This document shows positions 19,429 to 29,812 of a stretch of DNA of 64,000 nt, one piece after another (the first letter of the stretch is position 1; every line of letters starts with the position of its first letter). The notes under the pieces were generated by a model that worked only from the letters and a program-made list of their open reading frames with translations, did not search any database and was not told the origin of the DNA. The stretch is taken from contig CAVZYA010000001.1 in NCBI GenBank assembly GCA_963779415.1, forward strand, positions 640,001-704,000, read 5' to 3'. The DNA is from an uncultured Acidobacteriota bacterium. Its GTDB lineage: Bacteria; Acidobacteriota; Thermoanaerobaculia; UBA5066. The position numbers were made by a program, and so were the translations under genes.

Positions 19429-21936
19429 TCAGAACCTCTCCCACTCGCCGGCGAGGAAGGCGCGAGCGAAGAAGTCGGGGCTCGCATCGGAGCCCATCAG
19501 CATGTCGAGCTGGCGGGCGCAGAGCGTGAGGTGGCCGAGGTCGACGAGGCGGGCCCGGATGGTCTCGGCCCCGTACTTGTCGAGGCGCGCCGTCAGAAGG
19601 TCTCCCCGCGCCTTCACCTTGAAGTCGAGGGCGGCGAGGACGGTCTCGAGAAATCGGACCCGGCGCTCGCGCCGAGCCGCGTCCGCCGCTCCCCCCGAGA
19701 AGCGGAAGTGGACGTAGTTCTTGTTCTGGCTCTCGCCGCAGTACGTGTCGACGGTGGAGAAATGGTAACCGGCCTTGGTCGAGAAGTTCATGTAGCGGTC
19801 GGAGACGATCGCGTACGAGAGCCTACCGATCTGCCGGGCCTCCGCCGGGGGGCCGGAGATGCTCTCGCCGAGGACGGAGAGGAAGCCGCTCATCGAGACG
19901 GGCCTCGGCTGGTTCCAGCGGATCCGCTCCTCCAGCATTCCGGAGATAAACGCGTTCATCGGCACGCTCGTGATCTGCCCGGGCCTCACGCTCTCCGATC
20001 CCGCCGCGTCGGGGGAGATCCCGCCGCCGACGTCGAAGACCCGGACGGTGATCGGGAGCGGCGCCTCGAGACGTTTCGACGCCTCCCGGTCGTCGACGGC
20101 GAGATCGCCGAAGTGGAACATCACCTCGTACGCCTTCTCGTGGACGAAGCGCGTCACGTCGTGAAGCGACCGGCAGCTCTCCGACTTGAAATCGGGTGCG
20201 GTGGAGTCGGTCAGCCGGAGAGGCGTGACGAACGCCGCGATCTCCCGGAGCGCCTCTCTGGCGGGGGTGTCGGTGAGGGGGCGGCGGATTCCTGGCGGAA
20301 TCGCTCCGGGCGGAGGCGGACCCGGAAAGACCTTACGGAGCCCGGCATCAACGGTCACGATCCTGCCGGCCTCGAGAACGGCCGTCGCGCCCGCCATGCC
20401 GACGATCGTCGGGACGTCGAACTCGCGCGCCAGGCTCGCCATGTGGCCGATCGGCGAACCGACGTCGGTCACGATGGCCGCGCAGCGGCCCATGACGCGC
20501 GAGTAGGCGGGCGACGAGTGGTGGGCGACGAGAACGCCGCCATGGGGGAATGCCGCGAGGTCGTCGTCGGGGCGGACCGGCACCACGGCGCCCGAGCCGA
20601 CCCCGAGACTGGCGGTGAGCCCCCCCGACAGGAGCGCCGGCCGCGAGTCGTCGACTTCGAGGACACTTTCCGCCTTGCGGGCGAGCGCGACGAGCGGGCG
20701 TGCCTGAAGGATGATCAGCTCCCGCCCCTCCCCCAGCGCCCACTCCACGTCCTGCGGGCCGCCGAAGTGCTCCTCCAGGCGGCGCGCCGCGACAACCAGC
20801 CCGGCGACCTCCGGGACCGTGAGCAGGTCGCTCGCGGCCTCGTCCTCGCGCCCCGGCCTCGCCACGATGAGCTCGGCTCCCTCCTCCCCGGAAGCGAGGC
20901 GGTCGGCGACCCCGAGCGTGGCGCCGATGACGACGGCGTCGGAGCCGGGGTCGTCGGGAGGTCGCGAGTGGAGTATCCCCGCGCAGCGGGCAGCGACCAT
21001 CGCGACGCAGCCCACGGCCATCAGCGCCGCGTGCGTCGGCAGCCCCCGCTCGTACCGGTAGGAGACGGCGGCAGGGTTGTAGGCGCTGGCGAGCACGCCA
21101 CGGTAGGCGTCGAGGAGCCGCGCGGCGGAAACGTGCAGCTCGGTGGCGTAGAGGCCCGCATGCGAGGCCTCCCGCGAGTCCTCGCCCACCGCGCTGGAGC
21201 GGACGGCCACCAGGCTTCCGGGGGGGAACGTGGCCGAGAAAGCCTTCTGGATCGCCGCAGAAAGCTCCTCCGGGATCGGGGCCGAACGGACGGCGGCCTG
21301 CACCTCGGCGCAGGCGGGACCGAGGGCCTCGGCCCCGTCCAGCTCCAGGACGCTCTCGAGCCGTTCACAGCGCTCCCAAAGCCCGGCCTCCGAAAGAAAC
21401 CGCCCGGTCGCGGCCGTGGTGATCGCAAAACCGGCCGGGACGCGGAGCCCCGGGCAGCTCCCCACCTCTCCCAGGTTCGCCATCTTGTTTCCGACGAGGG
21501 CGAAATCCTCTTTGCGCAGCTCCGCGAGGCTGACGATCAGGGGGGCGGTCCCTTTCTCCATTCCGCCGAGGAGCGGCTCCAGCTCGCCGTCCATCCGGCG
21601 CAGAGCCTCGTAGAGGCCGTCGTGTCGGCCGCCGGATAGCAGATTGAGATCCTTGACCATGACGAAGACGTCCATGGCCGCCTTTCGGACCCGCCCTTTG
21701 ACGATCTCCAGCGAGAACGGCTCGCGCCCCGCGAGCCGGTCCCCGATCTCGGCGACCAGCTCGAGGGTCCTGTCGTTGAGGGCGAGGATCTCCCGGAACC
21801 GGTCGTACATCATCCGGAATCGCGCCTGACCGGAACGCGGCGGCCGCTCCGCCTCCACCGGCCGCGTCCCTCGCGAGCCGAACGCCGACCGGAAAGAGTC
21901 GAGAAGGCCCCGGAGCGCTTTGCCCGTCGTCAGCAC
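19429..21936 (-). CDS. PEP-synthase/PPDK-like protein A (ATP-grasp + phospho-His swivel + unknown C-terminal domain)
   Basis: GNKMANL, AVRSSAVGED..SHAG, QDVEWA, LQARPL and GSPIGHMASLARE, then SCRSLHDVTRFVHE...GYHFSTVD...RQLDM. Confidence 0.85.
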   Translation of the reverse strand: MLTTGKALRGLLDSFRSAFGSRGTRPVEAERPPRSGQARFRMMYDRFREILALNDRTLELVAEIGDRLAGREPFSLEIVKGRVRKAAMDVFVMVKDLNLLSGGRHDGLYEALRRMDGELEPLLGGMEKGTAPLIVSLAELRKEDFALVGNKMANLGEVGSCPGLRVPAGFAITTAATGRFLSEAGLWERCERLESVLELDGAEALGPACAEVQAAVRSAPIPEELSAAIQKAFSATFPPGSLVAVRSSAVGEDSREASHAGLYATELHVSAARLLDAYRGVLASAYNPAAVSYRYERGLPTHAALMAVGCVAMVAARCAGILHSRPPDDPGSDAVVIGATLGVADRLASGEEGAELIVARPGREDEAASDLLTVPEVAGLVVAARRLEEHFGGPQDVEWALGEGRELIILQARPLVALARKAESVLEVDDSRPALLSGGLTASLGVGSGAVVPVRPDDDLAAFPHGGVLVAHHSSPAYSRVMGRCAAIVTDVGSPIGHMASLAREFDVPTIVGMAGATAVLEAGRIVTVDAGLRKVFPGPPPPGAIPPGIRRPLTDTPAREALREIAAFVTPLRLTDSTAPDFKSESCRSLHDVTRFVHEKAYEVMFHFGDLAVDDREASKRLEAPLPITVRVFDVGGGISPDAAGSESVRPGQITSVPMNAFISGMLEERIRWNQPRPVSMSGFLSVLGESISGPPAEARQIGRLSYAIVSDRYMNFSTKAGYHFSTVDTYCGESQNKNYVHFRFSGGAADAARRERRVRFLETVLAALDFKVKARGDLLTARLDKYGAETIRARLVDLGHLTLCARQLDMLMGSDASPDFFARAFLAGEWERF

Positions 21937-21946
21937 CGTGTCCTGC

Positions 21947-22321
21947 TCATCGGACCTTGCCCGCCGCAGCCCGTCTCACCGTGTCGAGGAGCACGTCGAG
22001 CTCGATCGGCTTGAGCAGGTAGTCGAAGGCGCCCAGCTCCATTCCCTTGACGCCCAGCTCGGCCGAGGCGTGGCCCGTCAGGAGGACGACGGGGAGGGCG
22101 GGATAGAGGCGGCGGAGCCGTCTCAGCAGCTCGAGCCCGTCCATTTCGGGCATCTTCACGTCGACCACGGCGCAATCGCACGGGGAAGAACCGAGGATCG
22201 CGAGGGCCTCCGCACCGCTCACGGCCGTGGTGCAGGCGATCCCGCGCCGTTCGAGCCTCGCCTTCATCGGCTCCAGAAACTCCACCTCGTCGTCCACGAG
22301 AAGCAGCCTGAGATCCGCCAT
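21947..22321 (-). CDS. Stand-alone response regulator receiver
   Basis: LLLVDDE...VVDVKMPEMDG...LTGH...YLLKP, 124 aa. Confidence 0.92.
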   Translation of the reverse strand: MADLRLLLVDDEVEFLEPMKARLERRGIACTTAVSGAEALAILGSSPCDCAVVDVKMPEMDGLELLRRLRRLYPALPVVLLTGHASAELGVKGMELGAFDYLLKPIELDVLLDTVRRAAAGKVR

Positions 22322-22351
22322 GGCGCGTCCCTCCTCTCCGTCCGGCCCGCC

Positions 22352-24010
22352 TTAGCTCCCTTTCGCCTCCGGAGGAAACCACAAACTGAATGCGGCGCCC
22401 CCTTCCGGGCCTCTCTCCACCCCGATCGACCCCCCGAGATTCGTCATGATCTCCTGGCAGATGGCAAGCCCCAGCCCGGTGTGCTCCCGTGAGCCCTCCT
22501 TCGTCGAGTAGAAAGGCTCGAAGATCCGCGCCCGCTCCTTTTCGGGAATGCCGGGCCCGTTGTCGATCACGCGGACGCGGACTCCCCCGCCTTCGGCCTC
22601 GACCACGAGACGCACCTCTCCCTTCTCTCCAAGGGCGTCCAGCGCGTTGTTGATCAGGTTCAGGAAGACCTGCTGCATCCGCGACAGGCTCGAGCGGATC
22701 AGGGGGATGTCGGGGGCGTATTGCCGGACGATCCGGACCCCGGAGCTCTCGAGCTGTTTCTCGAGGAAGCCGACGGTCTCGTCGAGCGCGGCGGCCACGT
22801 CGACCGGCTCCAGCTCGGGCCCCACCCTGCGGGAGAAGCCGAGAAGCTGGTGCGTGACCTTTCGCCCTCGCTCCACCTGTGCCTCGATCTTGGCGATGCG
22901 CGCCCGGAACTCGTCGCGCTCCGGAAGATCGGGCCTCTCCGCGACGATGTCCGAGAGAACCCCGACCTGCGCCTGGATGATGGCGAGCGGATTGTTGATC
23001 TCGTGGGCGATTCCGGTGGCCAGCCGGCCGATGGCCGCCATCTTCTGCGACTGTGCCACGGACTCGTAGAGCCCGGCGCGCTCGGCTTCCAGCCCCCGGA
23101 ACTGGCGAAGCCGGTAACGGGCGATGAATCGCGAGAGCACGGGCACCGCAACGAGGCCGGCGAGAATCACGCCCGTCACGGCCGGGTGTCCTCCAAGAGG
23201 GAGAAAGGTGCCCGGCACGGGCTGGAGGGCCACCAGCACCCAGGCCTCTCCCCGAAGCCAGGCCGTGCCGAACAGCTCGCGGCGGCCGCCCCGCCGCCCC
23301 TCGACCACCCGCACCCCCGAGTGAAGCGGGACGGGGGGGATGTCGGCACGCTCCATGAGACGGTGCTCCTCGGAGTAGCGCGTCTGGTACTCGCCGTTGC
23401 GGTTGAGGATGAAGACGTCGGCCCCCGACTCGAGCCCCCCCTCGCGGACGAGCGACGAGAGCCGGTCGGTATCGATGCTGGCGCGGACGATCCAGTCCTG
23501 GCCCGCCTCGCGCTTCTTGACCGCCATCACCATGTGGGGAAATCGCCGGAACCCGAGGAAGATGTCGCTCTCGTACCGCCCCTGGACCATCACCTGCTGG
23601 AACCAGCTCTCGCCCGAGTAGTCGAGGCCCGCGAGGTTGTAGGGACCGGCATAAGCGACGTGCCGGCCGTCCGCAGCGATCAGTCCGAGGTCGACGAAGG
23701 CCCCCCCTTCCCTCCGGGACTGCTCGAGGATCGCCGAAAGGAGCGGGGGCCGGGAGAGCTGCTCGACCGGGAGCGCGTCCGCGATCATCTGGAGCTGCCG
23801 CATCGTGTCTCCGAGGAAGAGATCCACCGTGGCCTTGCGGTTCTTGACCATCGCCTCCAGGACGCCCCGCGTACGGCTCTCCTGGATGGCCCGGTTTGCG
23901 AAAGTGACGGCGATCGCGGTCGCGACGACGGGGACGAGACCGAAGGCCAGGAGGACGAAGAAGATCTGCCGGCGGAGGCGCCGGTAGGGATTGGGAGCGG
24001 GCTCAGCCAT
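22352..24010 (-). CDS. Cache-domain sensor histidine kinase
   Basis: Two TM helices, periplasmic FVDLGLI...YAGPYNL...WFQ..ESDIFLGFR.FPH, H-box IAHEINNPL, NNALDA, DNGPGI, TGLGL. Confidence 0.92.
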   Translation of the reverse strand: MAEPAPNPYRRLRRQIFFVLLAFGLVPVVATAIAVTFANRAIQESRTRGVLEAMVKNRKATVDLFLGDTMRQLQMIADALPVEQLSRPPLLSAILEQSRREGGAFVDLGLIAADGRHVAYAGPYNLAGLDYSGESWFQQVMVQGRYESDIFLGFRRFPHMVMAVKKREAGQDWIVRASIDTDRLSSLVREGGLESGADVFILNRNGEYQTRYSEEHRLMERADIPPVPLHSGVRVVEGRRGGRRELFGTAWLRGEAWVLVALQPVPGTFLPLGGHPAVTGVILAGLVAVPVLSRFIARYRLRQFRGLEAERAGLYESVAQSQKMAAIGRLATGIAHEINNPLAIIQAQVGVLSDIVAERPDLPERDEFRARIAKIEAQVERGRKVTHQLLGFSRRVGPELEPVDVAAALDETVGFLEKQLESSGVRIVRQYAPDIPLIRSSLSRMQQVFLNLINNALDALGEKGEVRLVVEAEGGGVRVRVIDNGPGIPEKERARIFEPFYSTKEGSREHTGLGLAICQEIMTNLGGSIGVERGPEGGAAFSLWFPPEAKGS

Positions 24011-26588
24011 TCTCCGCCTCCCCCTTGAAGCCGTAACGGCCCGCCATGAATGCCTCCTCGAAGACGGTGACGAGTGCGTCGGAGGTGAGCGCCATGTCCA
24101 GGTGGTTGACGAAACCCGTCAGCAGCCCGACGAGAACGAGCGCCTGAAGCATCTCCGCGGCGGGGCGGTGACGCGCGCGGGCGTTGACGAGATCGGCCTT
24201 GCAATCGGTCTCGAAGCCGTGGCGCGCCAGGATCCGCTGGATCAGCATCGCCCGGCGCGAGCGCTGGTCCACGCCTGTGGACCCTCCCACGAAGCGGAAC
24301 GAGGCGTAGTTCGACTCCACGGCCTCCCCGACGCGGGCGTCGACCGTCGAGAAGTGATAACCGACCCTCGAATTGAGGTTCATGTAGTCGGATGTAATGA
24401 AGACATACGACGGCTCGCCCATCGCGCGAACCCTCACGTCCTGGTCGTAGTTGTAGTTGACGACCGCCGACAGGAAGCCCGAAACCGAGACGGGCCTCGT
24501 CATGCGCCAGCGGATGCGCGGATCGGTCAATCCGCGCCAGAGCGCGAGAAGCGGGACGGAGACGACGTCTTCGATCGTGACGTCGCCGGACGCCACGTCC
24601 TTTCGAAGGCCCCCGCCGAGATCGAAGAGCCGGCAGTCGATCGGGACCGTCGAAACGAGCCGGTGTACGGGCGTTCCCTGGCGGAGGGCACCGTCCCCGA
24701 GGGCGAACATCGCCTCCACGGCGGCCTGGTGGCAGAAGCGGATCATGTCGTGGAGCGTCCGGCACTTCCGGGGGGAGTAGCCGCTCGCCAGCCGGTCCCG
24801 GAGCGTGAGCGGAACGATGAAGTCGGCCACGGAGGCGAGGCGCTCGACCGCGGGGCTCTGTCGCCCGGGAGGCCGGACTTCCTGGGCACGAACGAGCGCC
24901 TCTTCGACCCGCCCCTCGTAGACCACCCCGGCATCCGCATCGACCGTGACGGAGGCGGCGCCGGGCAGTGCCGTCGTGGCCGCGTTCGTCGCGAGGAGAG
25001 CCGGAACTCGGAGCTCGCGCGCCACGGTGGCCAGATGTCCGGTGACCTCGCCCCTGTCCGCCACGAGAGAGGCGGCCTTGGGAAGCAGGACGGCGAAGCG
25101 GGGGTTCGCCTCGGAAGTCACCAGAACGCCGCCGGAGGGAAAGCGAAGGATGTCGAGATCGGTCTCCACCCGAATCGGCTCCCCGAAGCCGACTCCACCC
25201 GAGGCCCTCGAGCCCCCGTCGAGAAGGACGCGTGCACCGGCGACGCGGGGCGGGGGCGTTCGCCACGTCTCCCCGGCGTGCTCGGGCTGCGGCCGGACCT
25301 GCAGGACGAAGGCGCGGCCCTTCCGGTCGATGGCCCACTCCATGTCCAGGGGCATGCCGAGGTGGTCCTCGAGCTGCCAGGCGAGCCGGGCGACCGAAAG
25401 CGCCTGATCGTCGGAAAGAATCGGGACGACCCCAAGGCCGGCCTGGACCGTCCGCGTCTCGGTCCCTTCCCCTTCGGCGCAGGCAAGGAGGGCGTCCTGG
25501 CGCCCGGAGGTCCTGTTCGTGATCCTCCCGTGTCTGCGGTCGAGGAAGATCGAGTCCGGTACCGCCGAGCCATCCACTGCGGAAAGCCCGAGACCTCGCA
25601 CGGCCTGGATCAGCGTCCGGACGCCGGTTTCGGTCCGGCAGGCGCTGTAGAGCACCCCCGCCGACTCCGCGTCCACCATGGCGAGGACGCAGCAGCACAT
25701 CGCCACCTCGTCATCCTCGAGGCCGCGCCCGAGCCGGTAGGTGATCGCCTGCGGCGAGTACTTGCTGGCCACGACCCGGCGAAAAGCGTCTCCGATCCCG
25801 CCCGCCGGCACGTTGAGGAGCGACCGGTATTGCCCGGCGAACGAGACCTCGAGCCCTCCCTCCTGGAGCGCGCTCGAGCGGACCGCGAAGCGTGTTCCGT
25901 CGCCCCCGAGCGATGCGGCGCCCGTCTCGAGCTCCGCCGCGACGCGCGCGGGAAGTCGCGCATTTTCGATCATCTGGGTGATCCGCGCCGCGGCCGAGAA
26001 GGTGGCGGCGGTGTCCGACGGGTCGAGCGCCGCCATCACCCCGGCGATCTCCTCGGCGAGGCCGGATCGGCCGATGAACTCGCGGTACGCCGGCTCGGTG
26101 GTGGCGAAGCCGTCGGGCACCCGGCCGGGAAGAAGCCGGCGCGCCTCGCCGAGAAAGGCGCTCTTCTGCCCCACGACCTCGGCCATCTCCGCGCGGACCT
26201 CGGCGAGCGGCATGGTGAAGCCGACCGACCCGAGATAGGGCGTCACCTCCGCTCTCCCCGAAATCCGCCCTCGCAGGTCGTGGAAGCGGCGGACGAGGAC
26301 GGGGAAGCGGTCGCCCGTCATCCGGTTCAGGTTCGCGATCATCCGGAATGTCTGGACGGTCACCCCCGCAACGAGACGGCGGCTTTCGGCGGCCGTGACG
26401 GAGCGCTCCCCCGCGAGCGCTTCCTGGATCCGGGTGACGAATCCCAGAGCCGTGTTGTTGGCCTGCAGGACCTCCCGGTAGCAGGACATCCGGACGTCGA
26501 GGTCCGGCATCCCCCTCCTCCCGGGGAGCCATCGGAAGGCTCTCGGGGGCTCGGGATCAGGCGGGCGGTCGCGCGGCGTGGAAACCAC
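24003..26588 (-). CDS. PEP-synthase/PPDK-like protein B
   Basis: GQKSAFL, AVRSSA..SFAGQY, LDMEWA, LQVRP and GEVTGHLATVARE, then CRTLHDMIRFCHQ...GYHFSTVD...HLDM. Confidence 0.85.
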   Translation of the reverse strand: MVSTPRDRPPDPEPPRAFRWLPGRRGMPDLDVRMSCYREVLQANNTALGFVTRIQEALAGERSVTAAESRRLVAGVTVQTFRMIANLNRMTGDRFPVLVRRFHDLRGRISGRAEVTPYLGSVGFTMPLAEVRAEMAEVVGQKSAFLGEARRLLPGRVPDGFATTEPAYREFIGRSGLAEEIAGVMAALDPSDTAATFSAAARITQMIENARLPARVAAELETGAASLGGDGTRFAVRSSALQEGGLEVSFAGQYRSLLNVPAGGIGDAFRRVVASKYSPQAITYRLGRGLEDDEVAMCCCVLAMVDAESAGVLYSACRTETGVRTLIQAVRGLGLSAVDGSAVPDSIFLDRRHGRITNRTSGRQDALLACAEGEGTETRTVQAGLGVVPILSDDQALSVARLAWQLEDHLGMPLDMEWAIDRKGRAFVLQVRPQPEHAGETWRTPPPRVAGARVLLDGGSRASGGVGFGEPIRVETDLDILRFPSGGVLVTSEANPRFAVLLPKAASLVADRGEVTGHLATVARELRVPALLATNAATTALPGAASVTVDADAGVVYEGRVEEALVRAQEVRPPGRQSPAVERLASVADFIVPLTLRDRLASGYSPRKCRTLHDMIRFCHQAAVEAMFALGDGALRQGTPVHRLVSTVPIDCRLFDLGGGLRKDVASGDVTIEDVVSVPLLALWRGLTDPRIRWRMTRPVSVSGFLSAVVNYNYDQDVRVRAMGEPSYVFITSDYMNLNSRVGYHFSTVDARVGEAVESNYASFRFVGGSTGVDQRSRRAMLIQRILARHGFETDCKADLVNARARHRPAAEMLQALVLVGLLTGFVNHLDMALTSDALVTVFEEAFMAGRYGFKGEAENG

Positions 26589-26619
26589 TGGAGAGTATGA
26601 CAGGGCTTGCCGAAGGCGG

Positions 26620-26650
26620 GGGAGCCCCGCCGAAACCGGACGGGGCTCCC
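26620..26650 (-). terminator. Hairpin downstream of hppA (possible terminator, weak U-tract)
   Basis: GGGAGCCCCG (26620-26629) and CGGGGCTCCC (26641-26650) form a perfect 10-bp inverted repeat about 30 nt after the hppA stop. Confidence 0.45.
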
Positions 26651-26681
26651 GGACTCTCTCCTGTTTCGAAGCGGCGCCGGA

Positions 26682-28922
26682 TCAGATGAAGAGCGGCGCC
26701 AGGACGAGGGTGATCGTGGAAAGGAGCTTGATCAGGACGTGAAGCGACGGGCCGGCGGTGTCCTTGAACGGGTCGCCCACGGTGTCGCCGACGACGGCTG
26801 CCCCGTGTGTGGGGTTCTTCATTTTCTTGCCGTCCGGCGCCGTCAGGTATTTCCCGCCGTGCGCACCGCTCTCGATGTACTTCTTGGCATTGTCCCAGGC
26901 GCCGCCGCTGTTGTTGAGGAAGAGCGCCATGAGAATCCCGCAGATGGTCCCGACCATGAGCAGACCGGCCACGGCCTCGGCGGAGATGAGCCTGTTTTCC
27001 GGCGTGATGAACATCTTGAAGATGAGGCCGACGCCGATCGGAGTGAGAACCACGAGGAGGCCCGGCGCGACCATCTTGCGGAGCGCTGACTTCGTGACGA
27101 TGTCGACGCAGGCGCTGTAGTCCGGCTTGAAGTCGGCGGGGAACTGGATGATGTCGTTGAGGCGCGGGAGCTTGGCGTACTGCCGGCGCACCTCCTCGAT
27201 GATCGCCTGCGCGGCCTTGCCAACCGCCCGGATGGCCATCGACGAGAAAAGGAAGACCAGGGCCGCACCGATCAGCGCGCCGACGAAGACGACCGGGTTG
27301 GCGAGGTTGACCCCATGCATTTCCTGTCCGGCGTACTGCGCCACCTCGTCCATGTAGGCCTGGAAGAGGAGGAACGCCGCGAGGGCCGCGGACCCGACCG
27401 CGTACCCCTTCGTGAGCGCCTTCGTGGTATTACCAACGGCATCGAGCCGGTCGGTCTTCTTGCGGACGTTCTCCGGCTGCTCGGACATCTCCACGATGCC
27501 GCCCGCGTTGTCCGTGATCGGGCCGAAAGTGTCCATGGCAAGGATGTAGGCCGCCGTCGCGAGCATCCCCATCGTGGCCACGGCAGTGCCGAAGAGGCCC
27601 CCGTGCATCCCGGAGGAAGCCGGGAAGGCCGACTGCCCGAGGAAATAAGACCCGAGAAGCGCGGCGCCCATGACGAGGGTCGGCATCCAGGTGCACTCGA
27701 GGCCGACGCCGACGCCGGCGATGATGTTCGTGGCCGGGCCGGTCTTGGACGCCTCGGCGATCGACTGGACGGGGCGGTACTTGTACTCCGTGTAGTACTG
27801 CGTGATGTAGACGAAGGCGACCGACGTGAGGACCCCGACGATGCCGCAGAGGAAGAAGTGCCACCAGGCGTCGGGCGCGCCCGGCGGGTTGAGGAGCCAG
27901 TATGTCGTTCCGCCGAAGGCCACCATCGCAAGCACCACCGCGTAGTAGTAGCCGCGGTTCAGCGCCTGCATCGGGTCGATCTTCTCTTCCTTGTCCATCT
28001 TGACCATCATGATTCCGATGATCGAGGCGACGATTCCGAAGGCGCGCGCGACGAGGGGGAACATCATCACGCCGATGACGCCGGCGGAGAATCCGAAGTT
28101 GGCCTTCTCCGCGGCGGCCGCCAGCGAGGCCCCGAGGATCATGGCGCCGATGTTCTCGGCGGCCGTCGACTCGAAGAGGTCGGCGCCGCGCCCCGCGCAG
28201 TCGCCCACGTTGTCGCCCACGAGATCGGCGATGACGGCCGGGTTGCGAGGATCATCCTCGGGGATGCCGGCCTCCACCTTGCCGACGAGGTCCGCGCCGA
28301 CGTCGGCCGCTTTCGTGTAGATACCGCCGCCGAGTTGGGCGAAGAGTGCGACGAAGGAGGCTCCGAATCCGTAACCGACGATCAGGAGAGGGATCTTCGT
28401 CGGCTCGACGTTGCCGAACGCGTCCACGAGGGCGTAAAGCCCGCTCACCCCGAGAAGGCTCATGGCCACGACGAGGAGACCGGACACCGCGCCTCCCCGA
28501 AGGGCGATGCGGAGCGCGTCGTTGAGGCTGGTGAGCGCCGCCGTCGCCGTCCGGATGTTGCTCCGGATCGAGACCCACATCCCCACGTACCCGGCGAAGA
28601 CGGAGCAGAGGGCGCCGAAGACGAAGGAGAGGGTGATCCAGAAGGCGAGCGCGTACGAACTCCCCACGGGATCGAACGGGCGGTGTTCCCGGACGACGCC
28701 GTACCCGAGGAAAAGAACGACCGCGAACGCCAGGGCGAGGCCGAGGATCGTCCGGTTCTGACGCCGGAGGAACGCCTCGGCCCCCTCCTTGATCGCGTTC
28801 GAGATCTTCTGCATCGCCTCGCTTCCCGTCGAGAAGCGCAGGACCCAGCGGGCCAGATAGGCGGCGAAGAGCAGGCCGAACACCGAGAATCCGATTACCA
28901 GAAGGATGAGCTGTGCGGTCAT
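26682..28922 (-). CDS. hppA: Membrane-bound H+-translocating pyrophosphatase, K+-independent type
   Basis: GGGIYTKAADVGADLVGKVE..IPEDDPRNP..DNVGDCAG, DTFGPITDNAGG, GNTTKALTKG (Lys at the K+-dependence position), GGAWDNAKK, GDTVGDPFKD. Confidence 0.95.
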   Translation of the reverse strand: MTAQLILLVIGFSVFGLLFAAYLARWVLRFSTGSEAMQKISNAIKEGAEAFLRRQNRTILGLALAFAVVLFLGYGVVREHRPFDPVGSSYALAFWITLSFVFGALCSVFAGYVGMWVSIRSNIRTATAALTSLNDALRIALRGGAVSGLLVVAMSLLGVSGLYALVDAFGNVEPTKIPLLIVGYGFGASFVALFAQLGGGIYTKAADVGADLVGKVEAGIPEDDPRNPAVIADLVGDNVGDCAGRGADLFESTAAENIGAMILGASLAAAAEKANFGFSAGVIGVMMFPLVARAFGIVASIIGIMMVKMDKEEKIDPMQALNRGYYYAVVLAMVAFGGTTYWLLNPPGAPDAWWHFFLCGIVGVLTSVAFVYITQYYTEYKYRPVQSIAEASKTGPATNIIAGVGVGLECTWMPTLVMGAALLGSYFLGQSAFPASSGMHGGLFGTAVATMGMLATAAYILAMDTFGPITDNAGGIVEMSEQPENVRKKTDRLDAVGNTTKALTKGYAVGSAALAAFLLFQAYMDEVAQYAGQEMHGVNLANPVVFVGALIGAALVFLFSSMAIRAVGKAAQAIIEEVRRQYAKLPRLNDIIQFPADFKPDYSACVDIVTKSALRKMVAPGLLVVLTPIGVGLIFKMFITPENRLISAEAVAGLLMVGTICGILMALFLNNSGGAWDNAKKYIESGAHGGKYLTAPDGKKMKNPTHGAAVVGDTVGDPFKDTAGPSLHVLIKLLSTITLVLAPLFI

Positions 28923-29016
28923 GAACGCTTATCTCCTCTCTTTTCCTGCAGAGCCAGGGGTGAACGGTGATACGACACCAGATACTACGACGAGGGGAAT
29001 CGTCAGAATCGGCGTT

Positions 29017-29811
29017 TTAGTGCCCTCCCTGCCCGAACAGAGTCCCCGCGATCCAGCCCGAGACGACCGCGATGAGGACGGTGAAGGCGCCATAGAAGAC
29101 GGGGCGCCGGTCGGCCAGTCTCGAGAGCCAGTCCACGATCCCCGTCTTTCGAAGGAAGAGTTCGTTCGTCTCCATGCCGAGCAGCCGCTCCTCGCCGACG
29201 AAGTACGTCGTGGCGCCGTACAGGCCGTCCGGCGCGGACGCGGGAAGCCGGAAGGAATGGTAGAAGGCGCCTTCGGCGTTCAGCCGGATGGCGTTGGTCC
29301 GGACGCCGTAGAGGCCCCGCTGCGCCTGAAGATCCCAGTAGCCCTTCAGCACGCTCTCCTCCTCCCCGGGCCGAAGGGGCGAGGAAAGGCTCTCGAGACG
29401 CGCCCGAGCGGCCACGTCATCGGGGCCCGTCAGGAGGCCCAGCGGCGCGAGAAGCCGATTGCTGAGTTCGAGGGCGTCGGTATGAGGACAGGGAGCGAAG
29501 CCGTTGCAGACGGGACAACTGACGTTGACGAGGTAGAGCCCCGGCACTCCCGAGAGGCGGTACTGGCGAACGCCGAGCCACAAGAGCGCGACCCGCCCTT
29601 TCTCCATCAGCCGGATCTGCCCGGCCGGAGGACCTTCCATCACCACGATGACGTGGCGGGTCCCGGCCGGAGCCCTCCCGTAAAGGAAGATGTCGCGGCC
29701 CGAGAAGGCGTACGACACGTCGATTCGCCGGACCTCGATCCGGGCGGCGGCGGCCTGCGGGGCCCCCGCGGCCGGTGTCACCGCGAGAGCGACGACGAGG
29801 GCTACGAGCAC
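29017..29811 (-). CDS. TIGR02186-like periplasmic/membrane protein, the usual partner of a TSUP gene
   Basis: Signal peptide, FSGRDIFLYG, KGRVALLWLG, FRLPASAPDGLY, C-terminal TM helix. Lies directly after the TSUP fusion gene. Confidence 0.75.
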   Translation of the reverse strand: MLVALVVALAVTPAAGAPQAAAARIEVRRIDVSYAFSGRDIFLYGRAPAGTRHVIVVMEGPPAGQIRLMEKGRVALLWLGVRQYRLSGVPGLYLVNVSCPVCNGFAPCPHTDALELSNRLLAPLGLLTGPDDVAARARLESLSSPLRPGEEESVLKGYWDLQAQRGLYGVRTNAIRLNAEGAFYHSFRLPASAPDGLYGATTYFVGEERLLGMETNELFLRKTGIVDWLSRLADRRPVFYGAFTVLIAVVSGWIAGTLFGQGGH

Positions 29812-29812
29812 G

